DNA of 64,000 nt from a virus (taxonomy: Duplodnaviria; Caudoviricetes): IMG/VR virus record IMGVR_UViG_3300034198_007771, positions 767 to 64,766 of that record; one strand, written 5' to 3'. The position numbers and the translations under genes are program-made. The notes under the pieces are model-generated. The model had not been told where the DNA came from. It was given only the letters and a program-made list of their open reading frames with translations, and searched no databases. Shown one piece after another: positions 43,584 through 53,200 of the stretch. The number at the start of each line of letters is the position of its first letter. The first letter of the stretch is position 1.

Positions 43584-45398
43584 TCACACGCGAGCAACCC
43601 AGGTCACGGCCTGCTTTGTCAGGGCCTTTTCGGCACCGTCCCACTTCAGCACAAGCTGCATCTGTGCCACACCGGGTGCTGCCCGGCGAGACTGAGACGG
43701 TGGGATCTCGACTTTCAGATAGCCCTCTGGCGACGCAGTGACCCAAGTCACAGTGGCCTTGACACGCCCGACCTGTCCGTCCTGGGCGATAGTCAGTTCT
43801 GGGGCGAAATCCGGGTCCGTCACGTCGTGAGTACCGACGGCCGTGATCGGATCGTCATTGCTGTCGCGTAGGAATATGCGGATATCCGCCGACATGTCGT
43901 CCGTGTAACTGTCTCCGATGTTGAGCGTGGACGGGAAGCCGACGATGGTTGTAGCCGACGCATCGGTAGCTGCCGAGATGGACGAGATGTAGTTCGTGAT
44001 TAAGTCCTCAACATCTTCAAGACCGACGGTGACTGAGTCCACGCTTGCTTGCGTTGCCGCCCGGCCTGACTCAGGCAGTTTCGCCAGCACTGGAGTTAGA
44101 TCAACTCCAACAGATGCGAGATCATTTGCAGACGCAACTCCATTTGTTTCGTAAGCTGCCAGAGCTGCGTTACATCCGGTCTGTACTTGCGATTGAGTCA
44201 GCACAGCCGTTCCGACGGTCGCATCGACTGGGACGCCAGCAGCAACGGAACCTGCTCCGGGAACGGCACACGTACCCGTGAGCGTGCTGAAGTGGTAGAC
44301 GGTTCCAGACCGTACGTTGGAGATTGCTGGCGGATCGCCGACAGAAGTAGAGGGAACGAGCGTTATGTTCGTCGATTCCGTTGGCGAAATGATTTGCGAA
44401 TCGGTACGCATGCACCATCCAGCACCGAGCAACGGCATTCGGCCACTGACGGAATTCGGGGCAAGTTTATCGAGCACGAATTTGGAACCGCCTGCGGTAG
44501 CAGTCAACATCTGCGACGTGTTAAGCGGGTTCGATCCGTAGATTGTACCGCGATGCCGAAATGTGCCGTTTGCAGAAGTATTGGACCACTGAACAGTAGC
44601 AGAAGTTGGCTGCTCAACGTCTCCGCGATATTCAAAGGATTGTGCGAACGTTGAGTTCATGACGATATGCTGAGTCGTCCACGTCGTGGGAAACAGGAAT
44701 ACCGTTGGAGATTGACGAATCAAGACCAGCGAGGTCGAACCGACGGAGATTTTTATACCATTCGTCGTCGTGGCTCCGACACAAGTTTCGGACGTGATTG
44801 TCCACGTACCGACGGTGGCACCGAACGTGATCGTCGTCCCTGCGAATCCGTGTTGTATTGCTCCTGTGATCGTGATTGATGGCGTTCCTGAGATATCGAT
44901 TGCTGGAGCCGTACCAACAGACGCCGAGCAAATTGCATCGAGGTTGCCTGAGATCGTACTTGCTCCGCCGATGATGAAGGCTGACGCTTGAGCACCGCCA
45001 ACGCCATTTTTCGCTTGGCATCCGGATTCGAATACAATAGGCGATGAACCGGACATATTGACCGTGCGAATCGATGTCGTACTACTGCCTTGAAAGACGG
45101 TACCAGTTCCCCATGTCACTCCTGCTGTACCGCTGAGGCTTATGACTGTGGACGTGCCCGCAAGTATCTCACGAAGCCGAATACGATACGTACCAGATGA
45201 CCATGAAAGATTTCCGCCAGCAGTCCCACCACTGCGTTGTGTGGTTCGCAGATCAGCGGTCGGCAGATCGATGTTTTGATCGAGTGTGATCGTGCGATTG
45301 TCGAGGTAGATAACGTCGCCATCGACTGGAAGAGTCCCGCCGTTCCAGTTTGCCGCAGTCGACCAGTTTCCATTCGCCAGGGGCCATTTGTCCGCCAT
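43584..45398 (-). CDS. Putative tail fibre / receptor-binding protein
   Basis: GNWSTAANWNGGTLP N-terminus, Gly/Thr/Ser-rich beta body, SNVRSGTVY...LTGTCAVP motif, Ig-like C-terminus. Confidence 0.65.
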   Translation of the reverse strand: MADKWPLANGNWSTAANWNGGTLPVDGDVIYLDNRTITLDQNIDLPTADLRTTQRSGGTAGGNLSWSSGTYRIRLREILAGTSTVISLSGTAGVTWGTGTVFQGSSTTSIRTVNMSGSSPIVFESGCQAKNGVGGAQASAFIIGGASTISGNLDAICSASVGTAPAIDISGTPSITITGAIQHGFAGTTITFGATVGTWTITSETCVGATTTNGIKISVGSTSLVLIRQSPTVFLFPTTWTTQHIVMNSTFAQSFEYRGDVEQPTSATVQWSNTSANGTFRHRGTIYGSNPLNTSQMLTATAGGSKFVLDKLAPNSVSGRMPLLGAGWCMRTDSQIISPTESTNITLVPSTSVGDPPAISNVRSGTVYHFSTLTGTCAVPGAGSVAAGVPVDATVGTAVLTQSQVQTGCNAALAAYETNGVASANDLASVGVDLTPVLAKLPESGRAATQASVDSVTVGLEDVEDLITNYISSISAATDASATTIVGFPSTLNIGDSYTDDMSADIRIFLRDSNDDPITAVGTHDVTDPDFAPELTIAQDGQVGRVKATVTWVTASPEGYLKVEIPPSQSRRAAPGVAQMQLVLKWDGAEKALTKQAVTWVARV

Positions 45399-45400
45399 GA

Positions 45401-45952
45401 TTACCAGCCTCCGAATGCGATGAGATGCGAGCGAATAGCCTCGACAGCGGCGAGGAGATCCGCTGAGCCGTCGACGATCGCCGCAGCGTCAATCGACTCG
45501 ATCGAGGCTACGCGAGCCGATTGAGTCGCCGCAGTCTGCAGTGCAACATCTTCCGCGATTGCATTTTCCCACGCGACTTGACATTGCTCTGCCGTGAGAC
45601 CTGGAAACAACAGCGGAGACGATAGTTCGATAAGAGCGTCAACGCCCGCAACGGTGAGCACTGATCCTTGCTTTGATCTCAGATAAGGCACCGTCAGAGG
45701 ATGGCCCCAGGCAACGCCCTCCGCCGCCATCTTCGTTAGCAAAAACCTTCCAACGGCATCGCCGTCGATCAGCACCATGACAGCGGCCCAGTTGACACCG
45801 ACGGCGGCAAGAGCCCCGGCCGTTTCAACACTGCTGCAGGTCCGCAGCTCCGCCCGCAGTCCCAGCGACTTCGCCGCCGTCGCGACAGCCGACCAGTCGG
45901 CACCAATTGCAGCCGCCAGAGCGTGTTGCCTGATGAGTTCGATGAGTCTCAT
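45401..45952 (-). CDS. Hypothetical protein (fibre-associated)
   Basis: GGAGG RBS, Ala-rich. Confidence 0.7.
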   Translation of the reverse strand: MRLIELIRQHALAAAIGADWSAVATAAKSLGLRAELRTCSSVETAGALAAVGVNWAAVMVLIDGDAVGRFLLTKMAAEGVAWGHPLTVPYLRSKQGSVLTVAGVDALIELSSPLLFPGLTAEQCQVAWENAIAEDVALQTAATQSARVASIESIDAAAIVDGSADLLAAVEAIRSHLIAFGGW

Positions 45953-46034
45953 GATTCGGTTCCTCCGGTCTGAGTGACCGGTGTCAGGTTTCAGAAGTCG
46001 GTCAGGGGGCCTAGTAACCGCAGATGGTCTGGTG

Positions 46035-46286
46035 TCATCGCTCTGCTACCTTGTTCGACAGGATCAACTCAACCACGCGGTCAAGCTCCCGCTCGTGGCT
46101 GGCCTCTTGCTTCTCATACCCCGACTGGATCATCTTGATATGAACCGGCACGGCCACGTCAAGCGTGTACTTCACTCCGGCTCCGATCGATACCAAGATG
46201 GCCAGCAGCAGTACGTTGTTGAACGACTGACCGGTCAACCAGTCAGCAAATACGCGGAGGTACCCTTTTGCGTCATCAGAAGTCAT
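46035..46286 (-). CDS. Small membrane protein, holin-like
   Basis: One TM followed by charged C-terminus. Confidence 0.55.
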   Translation of the reverse strand: MTSDDAKGYLRVFADWLTGQSFNNVLLLAILVSIGAGVKYTLDVAVPVHIKMIQSGYEKQEASHERELDRVVELILSNKVAER

Positions 46287-46342
46287 GCCCCAACCCTTTC
46301 GAAGAGACTGGCCGGTGTTACCCGGCCAGGCAGGTCGTACTA

Positions 46343-46810
46343 TCAGACAAGTGTGTACCGAATGGTGATATTTCCAGAACCAGTCGTCATCGCACCGGAC
46401 AGGATAATCGCCACCCGGTCACCAGCAGCCAATGTGAGGTCAGCCGCTGTCGACGTGAGAGTGAGGGTCTGCACGGTGTAGGCCGTGCCGTTGAGGTTGA
46501 TAGTGCCGCTGTGCAACGGGGTCGTACCCGCCGCTGGTGTGGCTGTACCTGTCGCCTTACTCACTGTTGCTGTTAGAGCAGAGCCTTGGGCTACGTCCGG
46601 CACGTACTGGATACCAGTGATGGTCAAGGCTTCCGGGGCGATGAATACTCCGTATACAACCTTGCTGGCGTGGGCAGGAATAGACGCGGCGAGCATCTTA
46701 CCCTGGTACAGTTCGGTGAAGTTGGCATCACACTTCGTGAGTGCCTGGCGAATCTTTGCCTGAGTTCCAAACATCTGCTTGGAACCTGATACGAGGGTCT
46801 GTTGGGCCAT
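46343..46810 (-). CDS. Putative minor virion protein
   Basis: K...NFTELY helix followed by a Thr/Ala-rich beta-sandwich. Confidence 0.65.
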   Translation of the reverse strand: MAQQTLVSGSKQMFGTQAKIRQALTKCDANFTELYQGKMLAASIPAHASKVVYGVFIAPEALTITGIQYVPDVAQGSALTATVSKATGTATPAAGTTPLHSGTINLNGTAYTVQTLTLTSTAADLTLAAGDRVAIILSGAMTTGSGNITIRYTLV

Positions 46811-46866
46811 GATAGTCTTTCCTATCGAAAACCAAAGGGCGTAAGGCTATCCGTCTGGGGGTTTGA

Positions 46867-47142
46867 TTACTTGCTGTACCGATTCCAAAGCCAGACCACG
46901 ACCTGTTTGATGAGCAGCCGAATTGCTGCCCACATCAGGTATGTCGCGATCGGTCCCAGACCTGCGGTCCATTCGTCTTCGACCAACTTCCGCATCTGAT
47001 ATGGGCTTTCAGCCCGGCCGAGATTGTCGAGGAAGTACTGGTGAATCCGGTCTATCTTCTTTCGTTTGGCGTCAGCCGATCTGCCCGAGCAGAGTTCCGG
47101 ATGGACACCAAACTCTTTGTACAATTCGTCTTGAACACTCAC
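46867..47142 (-). CDS. Hypothetical protein with hydrophobic C-terminus
   Basis: GTGA coupling. Confidence 0.65.
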   Translation of the reverse strand: MSVQDELYKEFGVHPELCSGRSADAKRKKIDRIHQYFLDNLGRAESPYQMRKLVEDEWTAGLGPIATYLMWAAIRLLIKQVVVWLWNRYSK

Positions 47143-47825
47143 AGTTCGACTCCGTGATCTCGGCGAAGGTGTGTGGCCAGATCGCCTTCCCAACTCCAGC
47201 TACCACCGCCGTGTAGCTCGTTGTGAAGCTGGACCAGGTCCGAGTGTTTGTACGTTGGGGCCGACATGGTTTGGTTGATACCGAACCGCTGCTTCAGGTC
47301 CCTCAGGATGTTCTTGTCGTACCCGCGGTTCTTACCCTTGTCATCCGTGAAGTACATCCACTTACCGTCTTCCTTCCATCGAATGACTGGAAAGCCTTGT
47401 GTCCAGGTATCGTCCTCGGTAGGTACGATGTTGAAGTCGCTGAACTTCCCGGCCTCGATATCCTTATCGAGCTTGATGCACGGGGCACAGAACTTGATGG
47501 TACTGACATACAGAGTTGGCTTGACCGTCTCGTCCTGACTGGGAGGTGCTGGCGGGACCGGCTGCGACGGAGAGGAGGGCGGCTCCGGAGACTCAGTCCC
47601 GCCAGCGGGAGGGTTCTCAACCAACGCCTTGATCTGCAGCAGCACGGCCGTCTGCTCTGACAGTTTGACACCGATCTCGTCAGTCTTCGACTTGATCTCA
47701 TTTGAACTAGTCGTAACAGTCTTCACGAGATCGACGTACTGCATTTCCACCTTCGGTGCTTCAACCTTTGGCGGTTCGGGGGCACACCCGAGCATCGGTA
47801 CTACCAGCAGAAAAATGTATCTCAT
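47139..47825 (-). CDS. Lipoprotein with thioredoxin-like CxxC domain
   Basis: Signal peptide with LGC lipobox; FCAPC; FP cis-Pro motif; C-terminal LHNELHG...HL..DH. Confidence 0.75.
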   Translation of the reverse strand: MRYIFLLVVPMLGCAPEPPKVEAPKVEMQYVDLVKTVTTSSNEIKSKTDEIGVKLSEQTAVLLQIKALVENPPAGGTESPEPPSSPSQPVPPAPPSQDETVKPTLYVSTIKFCAPCIKLDKDIEAGKFSDFNIVPTEDDTWTQGFPVIRWKEDGKWMYFTDDKGKNRGYDKNILRDLKQRFGINQTMSAPTYKHSDLVQLHNELHGGGSWSWEGDLATHLRRDHGVEL

Positions 47826-48649
47826 GGGCTCACCCACCATTTCACTTGTTTCTTAACGTCTTCCAAAGTCCACTCGCGTGGCTTTACGGTTGGCATTTCG
47901 GACAGGCCGACGAATGAAGTGTATCGATGCTGCAGCATCTGTTTAACAGCAGTAGGACTCCATTCCTGCCAGCCCGGGTACTCACGACTACCAAACGACT
48001 CGGACCAACTATTCGCTATCCAGGAGTAAGGCTCCCCAGCACGGTCTTTTCGCTCAGATAGACAGAGGGCAGCAACGGAATGTCCTCCACTGCCGGGCGT
48101 AAACGCCTCGATCACAGCCTTGTTCATGGAACTGCCCCATGAAATGCCGGTGTGGATTCCACCCTGCCCTGACCCGAGCCATGTACGCCACTGCTCCCAT
48201 GTCGTGATACGTGAGGCACGGGCAACGCGGTGGTTCAGGGCATCTTCTTTCCAGCCATTGCTCGGCTTCTGTCGTGTGTACGATTGCGGGTACGGCCACA
48301 GCGATTCTACCGGAAGACCGATGTTTAGGGCTACCTTAGTGCCGCCAGCGATAGTACTGCCTGCGTCCGTCCGAATACCATCTTCGTCTTGTGCCAGGAT
48401 ATAAGCCGCCATACGGGATAGCTGTATGACCTTACCTCCAGACGACAGGCAATATATCCATTCAAGGTTCGATGATAGGGAGTGTCCGGCACAGCTTCCC
48501 ATATTTTTCTGGTTCTCGATCCGAATGAGCTTCCTCGGATCGAGCGATACCTCCTGATATGACCCGACAAGGTTCATGACCTCGCCGCTGTCTCCCAGTG
48601 ATAGAAGAAACCCTAAGTCCTCCTTGATCGGATCGTACCCAGTAGTCAT
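47822..48649 (-). CDS. Papain-like (C1) cysteine peptidase
   Basis: NQKNMGSC, GGHSV, IANSW. Confidence 0.9.
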   Translation of the reverse strand: MTTGYDPIKEDLGFLLSLGDSGEVMNLVGSYQEVSLDPRKLIRIENQKNMGSCAGHSLSSNLEWIYCLSSGGKVIQLSRMAAYILAQDEDGIRTDAGSTIAGGTKVALNIGLPVESLWPYPQSYTRQKPSNGWKEDALNHRVARASRITTWEQWRTWLGSGQGGIHTGISWGSSMNKAVIEAFTPGSGGHSVAALCLSERKDRAGEPYSWIANSWSESFGSREYPGWQEWSPTAVKQMLQHRYTSFVGLSEMPTVKPREWTLEDVKKQVKWWVSP

Positions 48650-49266
48650 GATTCTCTCCCAAACACAGCGTCCTTGTCTGACCAACCAAGGGACACTCTT
48701 TTGTATATCGTTTTATCACTGGCGGCTTCTGGATGCTCCGACCATTCTACCGCGGTCTTGGTAACTCCGTCTATGGTAAGCAGCACGTTGTTTCGTTTGT
48801 TGCGAGCCTGCTCTGTCGGGGTCGCCCAACGACAGTTATCCTTGCAGTACCCAACAGAGTTGTCCTTACGCTCGATAGACATTCCCTCGGGGCGGGGACC
48901 CATATCTTCCAGGAATTTATCGAAGCTATCCCATTCAGGACACACGGAGATTCCACGAGCACCATACCTGTGAAACTCAATGTGGCTGGTAGCGTTGCAC
49001 CGTCCACGCATGCAAAGCCAAGAGGTATATGTGCCCCTATTGTAGTAGGCTGACGTGCGGCGGTAGGTGTTACCTGTCAATACGTTTCGGGCTGACTCTC
49101 TTGCAAAACATCCACAGGATTGTGTACCTTTTTCGGATCTGCACTGCATGACAAACCGCGTACCGCAGGAACACTCATACACCGCATGGTTGCGGGTGTA
49201 TTTCCAGCCGTGCTTATCTACGCCAGATGCGACACGAAACGGCTCACCAACCCTAGTCACCGGCAT
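48646..49266 (-). CDS. HNH-type homing endonuclease
   Basis: CSCG, SCGC, YGARGISVC, SIERKDNS.GY..DNCRWAT..EQARN. Confidence 0.9.
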   Translation of the reverse strand: MPVTRVGEPFRVASGVDKHGWKYTRNHAVYECSCGTRFVMQCRSEKGTQSCGCFARESARNVLTGNTYRRTSAYYNRGTYTSWLCMRGRCNATSHIEFHRYGARGISVCPEWDSFDKFLEDMGPRPEGMSIERKDNSVGYCKDNCRWATPTEQARNKRNNVLLTIDGVTKTAVEWSEHPEAASDKTIYKRVSLGWSDKDAVFGRES

Positions 49267-49583
49267 CACTCTTTCTCCCACTGATTGGCGAGGTCGAGTT
49301 CCTTGCCGTTGAAGATGGCTGTACTGACCGCGTTGCCAACCTCGTCGTAGTTCTTGGCGAACGCCGCCTTATCCAATTCGACCCAAGCCTTGGACTTTTC
49401 CTCGACAGACTTACCGACCATACCGCCGACCTGTCGTAGGTTCGAAATGCGGTCGGCCTTGTCAGCCGCGTACGTCTTGTCTAACAGGCCAGCCGGGGCA
49501 GGGCTGTTGCCGTTCGAGAACAGCAGGATCGTACCAAGGCAACACCCGCCAAGCAGCATCATTGTCGCGGCGATGTATCTCAT
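49266..49583 (-). CDS. Exported or membrane-anchored small protein
   Basis: N-terminal hydrophobic segment containing LGGC. Confidence 0.7.
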   Translation of the reverse strand: MRYIAATMMLLGGCCLGTILLFSNGNSPAPAGLLDKTYAADKADRISNLRQVGGMVGKSVEEKSKAWVELDKAAFAKNYDEVGNAVSTAIFNGKELDLANQWEKE

Positions 49584-49882
49584 GGCTTGACTCCCCGCTT
49601 GACTTCAGCCCGGAGAACCTGTGCCTCAGTGAGGGCTTGCTTTGCGTAAGCCCACCGTTGCTCAGACGTGGCAGACGGGCTTGCCATCTCGACGGTCTGG
49701 AGGTATGCCTCGATGCCTTCAGGTGCTGGTTTGTCGCTCGACACAACTTCGCCTGTCACAGTTGACGTACGTCGAAACTGACGCACGAACCGCCACAGCG
49801 GTGGTACGGCGAGGATCAACACGCCACCACCGAGCAGTACGACCGTGGCTACGACAAGGGCGAGGAAGACAGTCGGGCTCAT
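49580..49882 (-). CDS. Membrane protein
   Basis: Long N-terminal TM. Confidence 0.7.
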   Translation of the reverse strand: MSPTVFLALVVATVVLLGGGVLILAVPPLWRFVRQFRRTSTVTGEVVSSDKPAPEGIEAYLQTVEMASPSATSEQRWAYAKQALTEAQVLRAEVKRGVKP

Positions 49883-50226
49883 GACAGTACGCCTTTCGGA
49901 GCAGCGTTGCCCTTGAGAGCCCAGTCGAACACACCGTCGATCACGAACCGGATCAGGCGTTCTTCGACAAACTCTGGCGTGCCTGGCAGGTCAACGAACT
50001 TGTTGATCTCAGCGACGGCGATGTCCTTGTGGACACTCAGTTCCTCTGCAGTCAGACCATCCACGGCACTAGCCATGAAAGCCACGACCCATGCGGGGAT
50101 AGCCGGAGTCACCTTGTCGACCAGCCACTGAATGGCCGCACCTTCTCGGGCTTCATTCAGGAATGGGATGTCGGTCTGCTCATTCAGTTTCTTGACGAGA
50201 TCTGCGGTTACGGCTGTGCTTAACAT
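49879..50226 (-). CDS. Hypothetical protein with internal duplication
   Basis: LNEQTDIPFLNEARE and INKFVDLPGTPEFVE repeats; GGAGG RBS. Confidence 0.75.
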   Translation of the reverse strand: MLSTAVTADLVKKLNEQTDIPFLNEAREGAAIQWLVDKVTPAIPAWVVAFMASAVDGLTAEELSVHKDIAVAEINKFVDLPGTPEFVEERLIRFVIDGVFDWALKGNAAPKGVLS

Positions 50227-50264
50227 GTCAACCTCCAGTTTGAATTCTTGAAAACGGGAAAATG

Positions 50265-53200
50265 TTACTGAGCTTGTCTCAGCATGTCAACGACAGTACG
50301 AGAATTCGCTGGCTTATCCTCTGCGGCCACGGCTCGACGCTGTGCTGCAAGGGCCTTATTGATCCGTTCCAGCACCGCTGCTGTTTCTGGTTGGCCTGTG
50401 GCTTTCAGGTGTTCTACCAGCTTTTCTGAGCCAGACACGATGGTCAACGGCCGGGCACCACTGGCAATCTGGATCGCGTTCAACCGGTCACGCAGGTCTC
50501 GCGTGATCTGTTCAGGCGTTACGTTCTCGATACGTACGCCGGACAGCAAACGCAGTACTTTCTCCCCGGCACCGGTTCGGGTGTCAGACGCAATTTTAGC
50601 CATGCTCAGCAGACGAGAGGCTGGGCCTGCTGCAGCCAGTGACTCAAGCGTTGGGCTTCCGAACGGTGTTGCCCGACCAGATGCTTCGGCGTCCTGCAGG
50701 CCGAGGTTGGTCAGCAGTCGGCCGATGCTTGGGTCAAGATCGTCCAGCCGTCTACCACCCATCGGACCCTGGCTGAACAAACTGGTGTTCGTGCTGTGCT
50801 CGATGAACCACTTCATGGCTGGGTTCGACGAGGCAGCAGCCTGCTGCATCAGGCCACGCAGGTCCATCTGCAAAGCATTACCGGCGTACTTCACTGCGTC
50901 TTCGTGCATGAGCCCGAATGATGTGAGGTACTTGATATTACCGTCGTCTGTCTTGCCGAGCGGGATAGCCGCACTGTCTTGGTACTGGTACGGCACGTAG
51001 CCCTTCTCGTCACCCTGGCCGAGGCGTGTTGCCCGAATCAGGTTCCCGAGTTTACCACCTGGGTTGGCCATCAACTCGGTCATGTACATTGGAATCGTCT
51101 GACGCATGAACGAGTAGAACGGGAAGAACGTCTTCATGTACTGATGCTCGAACCGCGTGAAGTTCTGCGGATCAGCATTCAGCAGGAACTTGTCAGACGC
51201 TTCGAACGCATCGGCCAGAGACTTCGTCTTGTCCAGCCGGTCCATCACAAACACGGCTCGGTTGAGGTTGTCGATCTTGCTTCGCAGGCCATTCATCGCG
51301 GCCACGATCGGGCCGGACGTTGACTTCTGAACCCATCGACCAAGGTCGTCCTTGACGTACGTACCCGCTGGCAGGATGGCTTCCTTGGCCTTGCCCAGTA
51401 CGCCCGGTGCCTGCACTGTACGCTGCAGCCCACCAAGGAACTCCTGCTTGATTGACGTGTTGCCTGGCTGGTTGCCAAGCACCGATAGTGGCGAATCGCT
51501 CTCGGCCATACGCATCGCGTCAGCAGTGACCACGTTCGGGTGTATCGACCCAGACATGTGATGAGCATTCCAAAAGTTCTGGAAGGCTTCACCACGAGAG
51601 CGAGGCGTACTTGGGATGCTGCGTGACGCGAGGTACTGCTCGATCTCGGCCACGCCTTCGGGAATGTCAAGCGGTACCGCCCCGTTACTGAATGACCATG
51701 CCGACTTGGCCTTCTTCATGTACGCGAGCGGGCTCATGTCGCCCATAACGACAGCGTTGACCGCTGACGACAGACCATCGCGGATCGCAGTAGCCGGGCT
51801 GTACGACAGGTAGCCTGACTTTGTGAGTGACATCAGGGAAGACATCATCTTTTTCGGTGTGTCAAGTTCGGGCAGATCAAACATGGTCACACCCTCGTTC
51901 AGGGTCTTCATCTGTGACCAGGTGTCTGCCGGTGCCCGCAAGGACATGATCTCTTTGATCTGCTTAGCGATCTCTTTCGGGTCATCGACTGACTTGAAGA
52001 AGCCTTGCCCGATCCAGTGCTGTCGCATGTTCTCAAGGAATGTGTTCTTGTTCACGGCTCCGCTGAAGAACCCTGCGTCGAGTGCTTCCTCGAACGACAT
52101 GCCCATCTTGGCCTTGAGGTCAAGCGTGGTCTGTACGTTGTTCGGCGACACACCTGTGCCGAACATGTCGGGAAACTTATCGCGTCCTTGCCGAAGGTTT
52201 GTCAGGTTGTCCCGCAGTGCCTCGAAGTACGCGACCTTTGACCCAGCCTTGGCGAGGTAGTCGTGACCGGACTTCGGAGCCCACGATTCGTATAGCTTCG
52301 AGTATCGCTTCTCGACATGGTCCGCTGTCTCAATAGCCAGGGCTCGGTGCCGATCCTCAATACCGATGGTCATATCCTGTGCGATACCGGCTTTGGTACG
52401 CATCCCAGCGATCTGCTCGCGTACCGCTGGTGGGAACAGCAACGCTTCCAGACTTTCGTCGGACAGGCGTAGCAGCGATCGTTGTGGCTTTGTGAGGTTC
52501 TTGCCTTCATCGATCCTATTCTGGATATTTCCGTCCAGAATTGTCTTGTGCCACCCTTGAACGGTTTCCGCATGCACGTCGTCAGCGACCTGCCCTACTG
52601 CGACGGCATTGCCACGATCGTCCAGCGTGGGCATCCACTGGTCAACCTTGTCTTTGTAGTTTCGGGTGATGCCCTGGTGCAATTCGTCGTGGATGACCTC
52701 CTTCGCGGTGAGGGGGTTGTCGTCGATCATCTGGTCAACAGTGCTGAGCTTCTTTGTAGCCTGCTCAACAACCTTGCTCCGCTGTGTCGGTGTTACCATC
52801 ACGAACTCAGCAGGTCTGCCTTTCGTGGCGGGTCTCCACCCGAGATGGACTTCCTTGCCAGAGTCCAGTGCTGCTCGTGCAACGTCGTAGTCCGTGATGT
52901 TCCGGAACCCACCGGTCTGTCGCAGTGCGTCAAGCGTAGGCAGATCCACCTTGGCCAGTTGAGTCTTGCTCAGGTCAAGGTTCAGCACACGCTCGGAACC
53001 GTCAGCGTTAGGCCGCAGTTCCGTCCACGACTTCCACCATCCTCGGCCCGGCTGGTAGCCCTGCTTGGCTCCGGTCGCAATGTCGTTCTGTTCGGCAGCG
53101 ATGATCTCCTGCAGACGTGTTTTGAACTGCTCTTTCGTTACGTGCGTCGGCATGGAGTACTTCGGGTCTGTGCCCGGCTGCATCGCGTTGATCTTCTTCG

